In this document: one piece after another, positions 1 through 14,045 of the stretch
Layout of the letters: every line of letters starts with the position of its first letter
Numbering within the stretch: the first letter of the stretch is position 1
Origin: the human T2T-CHM13v2.0 reference genome, Homo sapiens
Reading direction: 5' to 3' (one strand)
DNA: 64,000 nt
NCBI RefSeq assembly: GCF_009914755.1
Contig: NC_060926.1
Notes under the pieces: model-generated
The model's database searches: none
Seen by the model: only the letters and a program-made list of their open reading frames with translations
Told to the model about the DNA's origin: nothing
Program-made: the position numbers and the translations under genes

Positions 1-507
1 CACCCGACCAGCAAGTAGAGCTGAGACCAGACCTTGGGTCTGATGTCTCCTCTTCAAGTGCTGTCTTCTTCTGGAAGATGATGGAACTCTGGGGGCCCTG
101 GTGTCCAGTCTGATGACTGGGTCACAAATGAAAGTGAGGTTCTCTTGGGCATTTTATGTTCTTAGAGCTTGGAGAACTCATGCCTCCCAGTGGGAATTGA
201 TGTCTTCACAAATTGGTAGATTTGTGAATGGGTTACTGGTCTCATATCTAGAACCCATGTCTTTTGAAAATTGAGACATTTTCTTAACCTCTAGTCTTCT
301 GACACCTTTTCTGTTTTCTGTGATTTCTGACATACAATAGCTCAGATGTCATATCTGCACATTTCTTGAGTAGTTTGAGCTGTAGTTTTTCTGGGCTTGA
401 AGATCTAAGCTTAATTTGGCTTAAAAAAGCAAAAAAACTTTTTTGTTTCTTTATAACCCCACGAATTTCAAGAGTTTTGTGTTCATCTTTTAATAAAACA
501 CAGTTAA

Positions 508-760
508 ACTTTGGGAGGCCAAGGCAGGCGGATTGCTTGAGCCCAGGAGTTAGAGACCAGCCTGGGTAACATAGCAAAACCCCATCTCTACAAAAAAATA
601 CAGAAATTAGCCAGGTGGGGTGGCACATGCCTGTATTCCCAGCTACCTGGGAGGCTGAGCTGAGAGGATCACCTCAGCTCAGGAAGTCGAGGCTGCAGTG
701 AGCCAAGAGTGTGCCACTACACTCCAGCCAGGACAACAGAGTGAGGCCCTGTCTCAAAAC
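508..760 (+). mobile_element. AluJ-like, 5' truncated
   Basis: Alu arms and A-rich tail. Confidence 0.9.
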
Positions 761-3471
761 AAACAATAAAAAACACTTCTAAATTAGGATACTATTATAA
801 TGAAGTCAGGGAGAGCAGAAGTCACATGATTGAGCCAGGTAAGCCATGCTATATTTTAGCATCAGTTAAATTAAATCCATCTTGTTAATAAACACCCATG
901 AAAGACACATGTATGCCTTCCCTGTGCTAAATGTTAGAGATGCAAAGTTGGGTAAGATACAGTGTCAACTGTTAAGAATGTCATGCTGTAGGAGACAGAA
1001 CCAGGAAAACACTGTCAAATTAGCCAGGGAAATTGAGGGGGATTGTTTATTGGTTGTATTTATATTGTCCCCATTTATCCCTAAGGAAGCAAGTAGAGAG
1101 TATCCAAGCTTCCTGGCTGTCAAAATTTTTTTTAAAATGACCAAAAAAATGCATAATTCTTCAGGGGAATAAGATTTTCCCTTTTGGCTCTAAATTCAGA
1201 GAACAACTTAAAATTCAGAGAACAACTTAAGATACGGATCCTTTTATAAGATGGCCTGTTATATGATAAACACCAAGAGTGGATGATGTCCTTAATAGAT
1301 AATTTTGTAAAAGATACGAAAATCCCTTCATTGGGTGACTTCCTGTACTGAATGAAGTTCAATGAGAACAGTGGGTGGTACATTACAGGGTAATTTAGAG
1401 AAGGTATTTTGGCAGTTGACAAGCTAATGTAGTCTCAGCACTGCTCACTGGTAATCGAATTTAATGCATCAACAGAGCTTATATCCCTCTTCCCCTTATG
1501 GGCACATGGTGGATGAGTTTCACAGGTGTGCGTCATCCCCATGGAAATAACTACATTGTAATGAAACCAAAGGTAAGAAATTATTTTTGGAGTTGTAAAG
1601 CTCTACAGTAGTTTCTACTCACCTGTTCATCAGTAACAGTTGGTGTGACAAGACAGAACAAGGCTTGGAGCTCTGGGAATCACAGCCCACCCTTTGTCTT
1701 CCATCTTTGGTCACCTGGCTCTATGGCCAGCTTCCCCTTGTTCTCAATCCCAGCTGGAGAATGACTGTCATACCAGAAACAAAAACAAAAAAAACAAAAA
1801 CACCTTCAGTTGACAGTTTAAGCAAACAACCAATAAAGTCTTCCTGACTGGCCTCTCGCCCTCCAGAACCACGGAGCACATCTGCCCTTTAAATGTGTAG
1901 CCAACCCAGTCCCTGACTTTGGTTCTCAGTCTTTGATGCCCAGTGAGTTAACAATATGTGGAAGTTCTGGTTTGAATGGTGCCAGGCCTGGGGCTTAGAG
2001 CTTCAGCTGGATTCCCATCCACCCTGCCACTCCAGGCTGCAAAATCAAAAATTACTTTGCTCAGTTGTTAACAATATTGGATCCCAACCATTTATGGGGG
2101 TGGCTTTCCCCTACTGTCAGCTGTTTTAAAGACACTTGTGCACAGTGTCATTATAATAAAGCTGATTCTCCTTGCCGAAGACCAGTTTCCACTCTCCACT
2201 TCCAGATTTACTGGAACTTTTTCTTACAAATGAGGATGGCCCTTCCACATGACCATCTTGCCCTGAGGATACACTGTACACCTTCCTTGTGTTAGATAAT
2301 AGGGCAACAAAGTTAAACAAGATACAGTTTAGGCTAATTGAAATCATCTATTTGGTTTGTTTCATTGTAGTCAGCTTACCAACCACGTAACTATTCTATT
2401 GCTTCACTGGTCTGTCCCTGTTTCTTCTTCCCTTCTTTGTAGATGTCCCTGTGCTGAACGCAGTAATCTCTTCCCTGTCAGGGGAGGGAAGGAGAGGGGA
2501 AGTGAGCCACGAGGCCACCTTGGGGCTCAGAGCTTGTAGAAAACCTCATTTAGAGCATAACAGGAAACATGGTGGCTGATAAAGGTGTTTTATGCCTGCC
2601 TGTTACCATCAGTATAATTGGCTAAATCTCAAGATGTGATTGCTGTCTATTGAATGTTTAAAGAAAAGCAGTTTTGCTGCTTTTAAGTATTTTTTGTAAG
2701 TCAGGTGAGGTTGAGAAACTGTTTCCTAGAAGTGGAAAGGGAAGTACTTTGATGAGAGATTTTTTTAAAGAAAAACACCACCGCATAGAAGTATTGAAGC
2801 ACAGTGTAGACATAGCAGCATCCAGGGTTCAATATGGACATAGAATATTTGACTGAAAACACTTCTCAGAAGTTAAATGCTCCCCCTGAGTTTTGTTTCC
2901 CTTTACTTTACATTCTCTTAACTCAGAAATATCAGAAACTTCAAACCAGTGGATCTCTAATCAGTGTAGTTTACAAAATCATGTTCACAATAATCACCAG
3001 GTCTTTAGCATGCTTTGAAAAATAGTTCCTGGTATCACAAAAGTTCATTTGCATTCTAAACCCATGTAACTGAGTTGTTGGAATTGCCAGAAGCAGCTTT
3101 TTAGGTTTCTGAGTAAACACCATTTCTATTTAATTGATATTTGCAAACTATCCTATGTTTAGAGTTTAAGCTTCTCAGCAGCAGGAGCAACTTAAGCGCT
3201 AAGCTGCCTCTGAGTGGGTCCAGGGTCTAGTTTGTTCATATACCTTTTTGTAGAAGATGGCACCAAGCCATTTCAGGAAATGTTATTGTTTATGAGGGTC
3301 TTTAGTGTGATATCCTAAGAAAAAGGTAAAATGGTGTCCATCAGTCATGCAGCCCTATCCCTATTTTTGTATTTCACAACATCTTTAAAGTCTGAATGAG
3401 GAATGTTGGCTACTTTTGCCTAAACTGGCCCTTTTCTTTCCATTGCTGAATATTAATTAAAAGAAAGTATA

Positions 3472-3768
3472 GGCCAGGTGAGGTGGCTCATACTTATGAT
3501 ACCCACACTTTGGGAGGTCAAAGCAGGAGGATCACCTGAAGCCAGCACTTTGTGAACAACATAGACCCTGTCTCAACAAAAAAATTTTTAAAAAAATTAG
3601 CTGTGAGTGGTGGCATGCGCCTGTAGTCCCAGCTACTTGGGAGGCAGCTGAGGTGGGAGGATCACTTGAGCCTGGGAGGTTGAGGCTGCAGTGACCCATG
3701 GTCACACCACTTGCACTCCAACCTGGGCAACAGAGTGAGACCCTGTCTCCAAAAAAAAAAAAAAAAAA
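3472..3768 (+). mobile_element. AluJ-like
   Basis: Alu sequence, polyA, TSD ~aaagtat. Confidence 0.9.
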
Positions 3769-4222
3769 GTATGATTGTTCTCAAAAAGATACCAGGTTAG
3801 ATAGATAGAACAGACTGGCTGTTAGATCTATTTAACTGGGTATCTTTTTGAGAGCAATTTGTTTAGATACACAGACTGGCTGTATATTGATAATTGCTGG
3901 AACAGGATGATGAATACTTAAGGGTTCATTATACAGTTTACTTGTGTTGATAACAAATTTTTTTTAAGATACATTAACAAAGAAGTAACCACTTTGTCAG
4001 AATACAACCCAGCATTTTCAAGATTCTGGGGAAAGATCTTCAAGGAATGTCTCTTGAAGCAATATTCTGTTAAGAGAAAGGATCTTGCATCAGAAAGTCA
4101 TCTCATCCATTCACAGGCTGCATTGTCCAAAATATATTCAAAAGCAGAATTAGAACCATAAACTCCTGGTGTGAACTCTTGCCGCTGTATGTAGTAATGC
4201 TGCTTTCTTTTCTGCCCTGTAG

Positions 4223-4348
4223 GTTCGAGTGACTGTGTTTCCCTCAAAGACTGTAGCTCAGTATTCGGGAGTACCTTGGTGGATCATCCTAGTGGCTATT
4301 CTCGCTGGGATCTTGATGCTTGCTTTATTAGTGTTTATACTATGGAAG
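4223..4348 (+). CDS. ITGA6: Integrin alpha-6 transmembrane-encoding exon (VRVTVFPSKTVAQYSGVPWWIILVAILAGILMLALLVFILWK)
   Basis: Polypyrimidine tract + AG at 4221-4222, AAG|gtaagt donor at 4349, 126 nt in phase 0; translation matches the integrin alpha-6 TM region. Confidence 0.97.
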
Positions 4349-5620
4349 GTAAGTCATATCTGGCATTTGAATTTCATAACAAACTTTATTTCATGTTTTA
4401 AAAAATGGGAATCAGCACTGATAGTACGTTTTCTTTTTCATTGCTTCCTTTTTTCTAACATTATGAAACTCTTTTGACATAGCAAATTTGAGGAAAATTT
4501 TACCATGAACACCTGTATATTTACCGAATATTTTGTATTTAAAGTATATTATTTGTACACAATAAGTTTCTTCATTTGTCTCTCACACATAATTTAGCAT
4601 GTTTAGCAAATAACAAATTTAGATTTTATTACTTTAGCATTTTCTTCACCTAAGATATAAGTCTGGATCTAAGCCAAATTGTTAGGGTGTAGTAATAATC
4701 TGAATGTGTATCCCTGCTAATTTCAGTTTCTGTGAAGAATGTTCATAGCAGCCATTGGTGTTGGTTATGCTTACAGCTAGATTTGGAATAGAAGAGTATG
4801 ACATGAATGAATAACTCTATCTCAAGGGGGTCACTATAGCGTGTATCAAACATAAGGAAGGTCTAGGTTCAATATGATGTTCCTCATTAGAATTTGGCCC
4901 TTTGACTGTAAATAAAATGTAATATCTTCCCCTGATTCTACCAGTAAAGAGTCTACATTATGAAAAACTGCGTATGAGATGGATACAAACTCTTATTGCC
5001 CAAAGATTACAACCTAAAAATTTTAGATTATTCCCAGTGAGTGATAGAGGCTTACAGTCCCTTATCTGCCATTCCAAAAAGCTCTGAAACCTTGAAGTAT
5101 ATATAATGACTTATTTGGCAATAAAACCTGACGTGATGTGAAGAGAGGCTACTTCGAAGTCTTTATCCTTTATGATTAATTTCACTGCAGAAATACTAAC
5201 ATTTTGATTATAGTAGCATTAGGTATGCAGTGCATTACTCATTTTAAAGGACAAAAATTTTGGATTCTCAAACATGTCCGGTCTGGAGGGTTCTGTATGA
5301 ACCATCAACCCCCTAGGATCAGACTATCCTTTTCTTTTCATTGGATCCAAAAATATAATACATAAGGGTTCAAGATAGTCTTACTTGCAAATATTGAGCG
5401 TCTGTTTTTGCTTTATTTTTTTTGACTGACTTTTGCAAATTTGAGATAATTTTCTGATGTCTTCTAGACATGGGATTGAAGCTCATGACAAAACTCCTCC
5501 TGGTATGGAGTTTTAGCCAGTTTTACCTCTAATGTTTACCTCGGGCAGTAGGTTCCTCTGGCACACACAGCCAGTCAATATAAAACATTTTTTCAAGGAG
5601 ATGCCTTGAAGAAAAAAAAA

Positions 5621-5909
5621 TTTTTTTTGAGACTGGGTCTCTCGCTCTGTCACCCAGGCTGGATTGCAGTGGTGTGATCATGGCTCACTGCAGCCTTGAC
5701 CTCCTGGGCTCAAGCAATCCTCCCACCTCGGCCTCCTGAGTAGCTGGGACTACGTGCCACCACATCTAGCTAGTTTTTAAATTTTTTTTCATAAAGGTGA
5801 GGCCTTGCTGTGTTGCCCAGACTGGTCTTCAACTCCTGGGCTCAAGCAATCCTCCTGCCTTGGCCTTCCAAATTGTTGTAATTACAGATGTGAGCCATTG
5901 CACCCGGCC
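5621..5909 (-). mobile_element. AluJ-like
   Basis: polyT followed by reverse-complement Alu. Confidence 0.9.
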
Positions 5910-6578
5910 TTGAAAATTATTTTGATATCAAAAACTAAAGTTGGGGTTTGATATTTGAGGATGATGTTGTGTTTTCTGGAAGAGGTCATAAGGATGGTCT
6001 TTTTCAGAGCATTGGCAGCCTTTAATGAGGGTGAGACAGCAGTGGATTTAAAGTTAGAAACCTAAGCTGTATATAATCTTGGTCAAATCATTCCATCTCC
6101 CTGGGGCCTCTGTTTGCCTCGTCTGTTAAATAAGTTGATTGGATTATTAGATGATTTCATTATTTTGGGAGTTTTTGTTTTGTTTTTGTTTTTTTGAAGC
6201 TCTGAAGTGTCCAGGCTGTCAAGGGGACTCTAAAATACGACTTATACAACCCCACATGAGAAGCATTTTTATTACTTTATACTTTTATTCAACTGAATTA
6301 TTTAATATGTTAAAGTCATAGGATTTTAGGGTCAGAACTACAGTTCAATGGCCCTTAAATTGGATTTTGTATATCCATGTAGAGGGCAAAGCTAAACTAG
6401 GCAGGATGAAGATCCCTACTTCAACCACAGTAGTTCAGATTGTATCCATTTTAAATATCAGGATTCTGTACAGGATTTTGTTTGCAGGTGAAAAAAAAAA
6501 AAGTCCCTTGGGCTGGTCTAAATCACCTTCATTTTGCTAACAAAGATGCTCATGACCAGGGATATTAAGAATGTTGCT

Positions 6579-6969
<391 letters not shown>

Positions 6970-6977
6970 TTATTGAA

Positions 6978-7175
6978 AGCTGCCCAACAAAACTCTATAC
7001 TGATGGAAATGTTCTGGAGCTGCGGCATCCAGTATGGTAGCCATTAGTCATGTGTGGCGGTTAGGCACGTGGAATATGGCTGGTTCACTTGAGGCACAGA
7101 GTTTTAAATGTAATTTAAATTAATTTCAATCTGAATAGCCTCACGGAGCCAGCAGCTCCCATATATTGTACAAAG
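6978..7175. mobile_element. MER3-like hAT DNA transposon remnant
   Basis: gatggaaatgttct...tccagtatggtagccattagtcatgtgtggc resembles MER3. Confidence 0.6.
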
Positions 7176-8019
7176 TGAATCTAGGCTTTTACCTTCATGA
7201 GTTGCTGGACTAGGAATCAGAGTTTTTCAGGAGATTTTATTTGACCAGGTTAAATTTTATAAAAGACAGTTCCATGGCCTTATGAACTAGATAAAAGTAA
7301 ATAGGAAAAGTTCTCTATCACTGAACGAAGGAAATTATAGTAGAAAGTGGAATTATACTTTTATACTCATTTAGAGTGACCTAACCTGAGGAGCATTGGG
7401 TCCCTACCATTTAAGGGTTTTATGGTGCTCAGAGTTTGGGAAAATGACAGCAATCATTCTTTCATGATGGTGTATTCGAATTTGTATTGTGATTCACCCC
7501 ACAGATCCAAAGGCCTCAAGTAAATGGCATTTGTTCCATAAAATTTACTGTAAAAGGCAGAAAAATACCCATAGTATATCTATATTTTATTTGGATTTGT
7601 GCTTTTATTTAGAGAATTTATTTTCTAACCTTTGTCTCAATAAACTGCCGAAGTCAATCTTTTGCCTCTTTTGGAGTTCATATTCTCCTGCAGGAAGAAA
7701 CTACCCAAAGCTACAATCAGCAATGTATATACGTTTTCCCTATTAGAATGATTTTTGTCCACAAGATTTCTGTTACAAAGAGAAAAATCAATGAGCTGAC
7801 TAGTGTCATCCATATAAATATTTGACCAGAGATGTATGGTGAAGGGTGTATTGAATATGACAATGAAACAATGCAGTGGCTGTTCATTGTTGGTTGACTG
7901 AAAGTGGTCTGTTTGTAAACAAGCCACTAGTAGAAGGCAGATTAAAATTTGAGATGTTCTGTTGTTTGGCTCTTATACACAAAACTGTAAAATTGACTAA
8001 ATACCTTGCTTCCTTGTAG

Positions 8020-8127
8020 TGTGGTTTCTTCAAGAGAAATAAGAAAGATCATTATGATGCCACATATCACAAGGCTGAGATCCATGCTCAGCCATCTGAT
8101 AAAGAGAGGCTTACTTCTGATGCATAG
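8020..8127 (+). CDS. ITGA6: alpha6A cytoplasmic tail (CGFFKRNKKDHYDATYHKAEIHAQPSDKERLTSDA*), within 130-nt cassette exon 8020-8149
   Basis: ttgtag acceptor, GFFKR motif, TAG 8125-8127, donor G|gtaatt at 8150; branch-point-like tgactaa ~7994. Confidence 0.97.
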   Translation, partial: CGFFKRNKKDHYDATYHKAEIHAQPSDKERLTSDA

Positions 8128-8179
8128 TATTGATCTACTTCTGTAATTGGTAATTGATCAATGTTTTTTAATTGCTAGC

Positions 8180-8601
8180 TGTGGGACCCGCTATGGTTGT
8201 GGTGGCTAACTTTAAGAACAACAGCTTGCTATGTGTGTCCCATTAACAGATGTTTCCAAATGTCCACACTGGCTTGCCTTGCTTGGATTTGTTTTATTTT
8301 ATTTCACTTGAAAGCTCAGTTTTTGTTTTTTTTAATGCACAGTCTTTCGTTGCAGGTGAGTTATTTTATGTTCTTGTTAAATATCTACCACAGCAATGAA
8401 GAAAATTTGCAATATTTGTACACACAAAAAGAGACTTTTAGCCCTCCATAGTAGCCCAGTTTGCAATGTGTTATTAATTCGGTATGTAGCATTCCACTAG
8501 GGAATTCAAAGATGCATAAGAAATCATTCTAGATTTCTTGTCCATTTTGGAATTTTCCACAGATAGAAGCTGTGTCGACCGCCTAATTAACCTGTTGCAT
8601 G
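8180..8601 (+). promoter_or_regulatory. Intronic splicing-regulator motifs downstream of the alpha6A exon (UGG-rich ESRP-type, YGCY MBNL-type, TGCATG RBFOX)
   Basis: tggttgtggtgg ~8194-8205; YGCY cluster ~8224-8285; TGCATG 8596-8601. Confidence 0.55.
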
Positions 8602-10338
8602 TTGGAAATGTTGTGTTTCTCTTGGTGAGGCTTCCTCACTGTCATCTTTTTGTTCTCTTTGCTATAAAGTGATGGGGAAGGCTTGGAATGCTTTTTACTG
8701 TTGCTCAGGAATCGTTTTATGCTAGCTAAGCATGCAACTTCCATTTCCTGCATATCTCCTACAGGTCAAAGACCATTACAACAAACTGATTATCAGCATG
8801 ATGGGCTTTTATGGCCAACTTCAGAAGATGATCCCTTACCAAAGTTACCTTCCATCTACAAAATTCTAGTACAAAAAATACCCTGAACAGTTTTTATTGC
8901 AATATGTTGTGATGGAGTTTGACCATATTTCATGTATCCAGAGATTTTATCCAACCTTGGATCTCAGTTGATTTTAAATTCAAGTTTCTCTTATTTGGAA
9001 ATACATGGAAATAGGAATTGCTAGTGATCCCTTTCACCATTTACGTGGGCATGAGAGGACAGAATTACTCCTGTAATCCTTTCCATGGCACTATCACAGT
9101 GAATCACAACATTGCCATTCAGCTTTACATATTACCCTTAATTTCCCTCTTTGTTTAAATGGGGTAGACAGCAGTCATATTTTGTAATAGATAGGTACTT
9201 TGGCTTTTTTTTCTTTTTTTTTGCACAGAATAATAAATGAATCCATGTAGAAATGACCTGGAACAAAACATCTTGGTCCATTTTGCCTATTGATTTAGTG
9301 ATAACTATACATATAATTTTATCTTGCTCCATGGCATTTTTATAACATAACATCATTCAACATAAATGTCCTGTTACTATTGACGTCACACAATAAACAC
9401 ATTAACAGTTCTATCAATATCCTCATTCTTCTAAACTGCATTTTAAAGTTGAAAACACCTTTTTTTAAAAAAAGTAAATATATTTCATTTAAAAATTTAA
9501 TCTCAATTCAAATTTTTTCAGATATATTCTCAGTAAAAATATACTTTGGATCAGATTGACTATTTAAATGAATTTTATATATATATATAAACACACACAT
9601 TAACAGTTTAAAGGTAAATGTATTTTTGCAAAAGAAGAGAAATTAGGGAGTGCTCTGAAATTCAGTGTAGTGATGCACTTCTGAAGTCCTATGCAGCACA
9701 TGATTTTTATTGCAGGAAACAGTTACTATGTGATTAATGAAATAGCTTAATTAGAAGCACAATAGCAAATCCAGGCAACATAAATGACCTCCTGGCTAAT
9801 GAGAGAAGTGATATGTGTACTAGAGCCTCAGAGGAGAGAAAAAGATTATAAAGTTGACCTGTTGGAACACTGGCATATTCAAATAGTAATTTGTAAAATA
9901 CTTGTGACATGATTTGCATTTTATTAGTGGGAAAGGGGCATGAAATAATCTTTGGTTTATGCCATTTAAAAATTATTCTTAATCTAATCTGATAATCAGA
10001 TATTTTACATATCATATTGTGATTATTTTTAAATATGGAAGCACTGTTTTCATAAACTCTTAAATTGTTAGTAAAGAGGTAGCCTACATTTGTTATAAAA
10101 TGTAAAGAGAAGATGAAAATGGACTTTTCTTCCAGTTTTACAGCTGTTCTCTTCCGTTGATCCCCACTGGCTCTTCTTTCATTTCAGCCTCTTGGTTCTT
10201 TCTTAAAAGAAAACCATGTCTTTTTCCCCTTAGTCCAGAGGTAGACATAGCTGAACAGAAAGCTTAGACATTCCCATTTAGTGTATTTGCTTCTTTGTGA
10301 GATTAATTTGTTTCTCTTTCTCTTTCCCTCTTCTCTAG

Positions 10339-10500
10339 TGTGGATTCTTTAAACGCTCTAGGTACGATGACAGTGTTCCCCGATACCATGCTGTAAGGAT
10401 CCGGAAAGAAGAGCGAGAGATCAAAGATGAAAAGTATATTGATAACCTTGAAAAAAAACAGTGGATCACAAAGTGGAACGAAAATGAAAGCTACTCATAG
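10339..10500 (+). CDS. ITGA6: alpha6B cytoplasmic tail (CGFFKRSRYDDSVPRYHAVRIRKEEREIKDEKYIDNLEKKQWITKWNENESYS*), last exon
   Basis: Long polypyrimidine tract + AG at 10337-10338, GFFKR motif, TAG ending at 10500. Confidence 0.97.
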   Translation, partial: CGFFKRSRYDDSVPRYHAVRIRKEEREIKDEKYIDNLEKKQWITKWNENESYS

Positions 10501-12420
10501 CGGGGGCCTAAAAAAAAAAAGCTTCACAGTACCCAAACTGCTTTTTCCAACTCAGAAATTCAATTTGGATTTAAAAGCCTGCTCAATCCCTGAGGACTGA
10601 TTTCAGAGTGACTACACACAGTACGAACCTACAGTTTTAACTGTGGATATTGTTACGTAGCCTAAGGCTCCTGTTTTGCACAGCCAAATTTAAAACTGTT
10701 GGAATGGATTTTTCTTTAACTGCCGTAATTTAACTTTCTGGGTTGCCTTTATTTTTGGCGTGGCTGACTTACATCATGTGTTGGGGAAGGGCCTGCCCAG
10801 TTGCACTCAGGTGACATCCTCCAGATAGTGTAGCTGAGGAGGCACCTACACTCACCTGCACTAACAGAGTGGCCGTCCTAACCTCGGGCCTGCTGCGCAG
10901 ACGTCCATCACGTTAGCTGTCCCACATCACAAGACTATGCCATTGGGGTAGTTGTGTTTCAACGGAAAGTGCTGTCTTAAACTAAATGTGCAATAGAAGG
11001 TGATGTTGCCATCCTACCGTCTTTTCCTGTTTCCTAGCTGTGTGAATACCTGCTCACGTCAAATGCATACAAGTTTCATTCTCCCTTTCACTAAAACACA
11101 CAGGTGCAACAGACTTGAATGCTAGTTATACTTATTTGTATATGGTATTTATTTTTTCTTTTCTTTACAAACCATTTTGTTATTGACTAACAGGCCAAAG
11201 AGTCTCCAGTTTACCCTTCAGGTTGGTTTAATCAATCAGAATTAGAGCATGGGAGGTCATCACTTTGACCTAAATTATTTACTGCAAAAAGAAAATCTTT
11301 ATAAATGTACCAGAGAGAGTTGTTTTAATAACTTATCTATAAACTATAACCTCTCCTTCATGACAGCCTCCACCCCACAACCCAAAAGGTTTAAGAAATA
11401 GAATTATAACTGTAAAGATGTTTATTTCAGGCATTGGATATTTTTTACTTTAGAAGCCTGCATAATGTTTCTGGATTTCATACTGTAACATTCAGGAATT
11501 CTTGGAGAAAATGGGTTTATTCACTGAACTCTAGTGCGGTTTACTCACTGCTGCAAATACTGTATATTCAGGACTTGAAAGAAATGGTGAATGCCTATGG
11601 TGGATCCAAACTGATCCAGTATAAGACTACTGAATCTGCTACCAAAACAGTTAATCAGTGAGTCGATGTTCTATTTTTTGTTTTGTTTCCTCCCCTATCT
11701 GTATTCCCAAAAATTACTTTGGGGCTAATTTAACAAGAACTTTAAATTGTGTTTTAATTGTAAAAATGGCAGGGGGTGGAATTATTACTCTATACATTCA
11801 ACAGAGACTGAATAGATATGAAAGCTGATTTTTTTTAATTACCATGCTTCACAATGTTAAGTTATATGGGGAGCAACAGCAAACAGGTGCTAATTTGTTT
11901 TGGATATAGTATAAGCAGTGTCTGTGTTTTGAAAGAATAGAACACAGTTTGTAGTGCCACTGTTGTTTTGGGGGGGCTTTTTTCTTTTCGGAAATCTTAA
12001 ACCTTAAGATACTAAGGACGTTGTTTTGGTTGTACTTTGGAATTCTTAGTCACAAAATATATTTTGTTTACAAAAATTTCTGTAAAACAGGTTATAACAG
12101 TGTTTAAAGTCTCAGTTTCTTGCTTGGGGAACTTGTGTCCCTAATGTGTTTAGATTGCTAGATTGCTAAGGAGCTGATACTTTGACAGTGTTTTTAGACC
12201 TGTGTTACTAAAAAAAAGATGAATGTCCTGAAAAGGGTGTTGGGAGGGTGGTTCAACAAAGAAACAAAGATGTTATGGTGTTTAGATTTATGGTTGTTAA
12301 AAATGTCATCTCAAGTCAAGTCACTGGTCTGTTTGCATTTGATACATTTTTGTACTAACTAGCATTGTAAAATTATTTCATGATTAGAAATTACCTGTGG
12401 ATATTTGTATAAAAGTGTGA

Positions 12421-12426
12421 AATAAA
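12421..12426 (+). terminator. PolyA signal AATAAA (proximal)
   Basis: AATAAA followed by a GT-rich stretch. Confidence 0.65.
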
Positions 12427-12670
12427 TTTTTTATAAAAGTGTTCATTGTTTCGTAACACAGCATTGTATATGTGAAGCAAACTCTAAAATTATAAATGAC
12501 AACCTGAATTATCTATTTCATCAAACCAAAGTTCAGTGTTTTTATTTTTGGTGTCTCATGTAATCTCAGATCAGCCAAAGATACTAGTGCCAAAGCAATG
12601 GGATTCGGGGTTTTTTTCTGTTTTCGCTCTATGTAGGTGATCCTCAAGTCTTTCATTTTCCTTCTTTATG

Positions 12671-12676
12671 ATTAAA
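12671..12676 (+). terminator. PolyA signal ATTAAA (distal)
   Basis: ATTAAA with GT/T-rich sequence ~40 nt downstream. Confidence 0.55.
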
Positions 12677-12984
12677 AGAAACCTACAGGTATTTAACAAC
12701 CTACAAATTGGGAGTTGTCTTTGGACTGAATCCTCCTCTTCACTGCCTGTCCTTGTAAGGATAGGGAATTGCTTAGCAATGATAACCTGGCATTAAAAAA
12801 AATTCTGACAGCTAAGCTGCTTCCTTCTTAGAATATGTTTTGGATGTGGGAGCAGGCTAGCTGTGACGTGTGTGGCAGAATCAACTAGTCAGAAAATATT
12901 TTCTTCAGCAAAAGAAAGATTTTAGATTTGAGTTTTATGAAACTTCTCTAGCTGGATTATCACAACCTAATACAAGAAAATAAA

Positions 12985-13055
12985 ATATATAAATATATAA
13001 ATATATATAAATATAAATATATAAATATATATAAATATATATATACATATATACG

Positions 13056-13101
<46 letters not shown>
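12985..13101. repeat. Compound (TA)n/(CA)n microsatellite
   Basis: Directly visible. Confidence 0.95.
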
Positions 13102-13725
13102 AAATGCCTAGACAATATAGTGTGCCCTGGCCTGAATAAATGTCTGTCTAATATATTAGGTAATAGCTCTCCACTATACTTGGCATTACATAAAATCTTG
13201 GCCTTCTTGGTTCTTTGAAGATCAAACAGGTGTTACCACCCAAAGAAATATGTGATTGATTGGCACTTAATGATTTGGGCCAGTGGCTGTGAACCTTTTT
13301 AGCCTCAGTTCACATATCAGATATACCCAGATTAAATCACTACAATAATATGTAATCGTCATAACCTCATAGAGCCTATCAGTAGCTGTGGTTTGACTAG
13401 GGCTATGGCATAAATAACACAGACTGTAAGTAAGTCATGGCCCATCCAGTCATAGTGCCTGTGATTCCAACACTTCCCCTCCCTCTCAAAAATTACAGGA
13501 ACGTCTACCAGCGATTGTGGAATTATTACAGGGTTATCCTTGGATCTATTTGGATTCACAGAGGAATCACTGCAAACATTGATACTTCATTATTGGTTGT
13601 AAATTAGTTGCTGCAAATTCAGTGTGTCGTGCATAGTCATGGTTTACGCTTTTCCCTTGTGGCTGAGAATATTCTAGCATGTGGTGTTGATATAGGTGGG
13701 GAATGCTTTAAAGATTGTCCAGACT

Positions 13726-14045
<320 letters not shown>

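Larger units (their letters stand above)
10501..12700 (+). other. ITGA6: ITGA6 3' UTR
   Basis: Repeat-free AT-rich stretch after the stop codon, ending at polyA signals; exact end is inferred. Confidence 0.8.

Noticed and set aside
1192-1230. Short tandem duplication aaattcagagaacaacttaa
   Set aside because: Simple intronic slippage duplication with no sign of function
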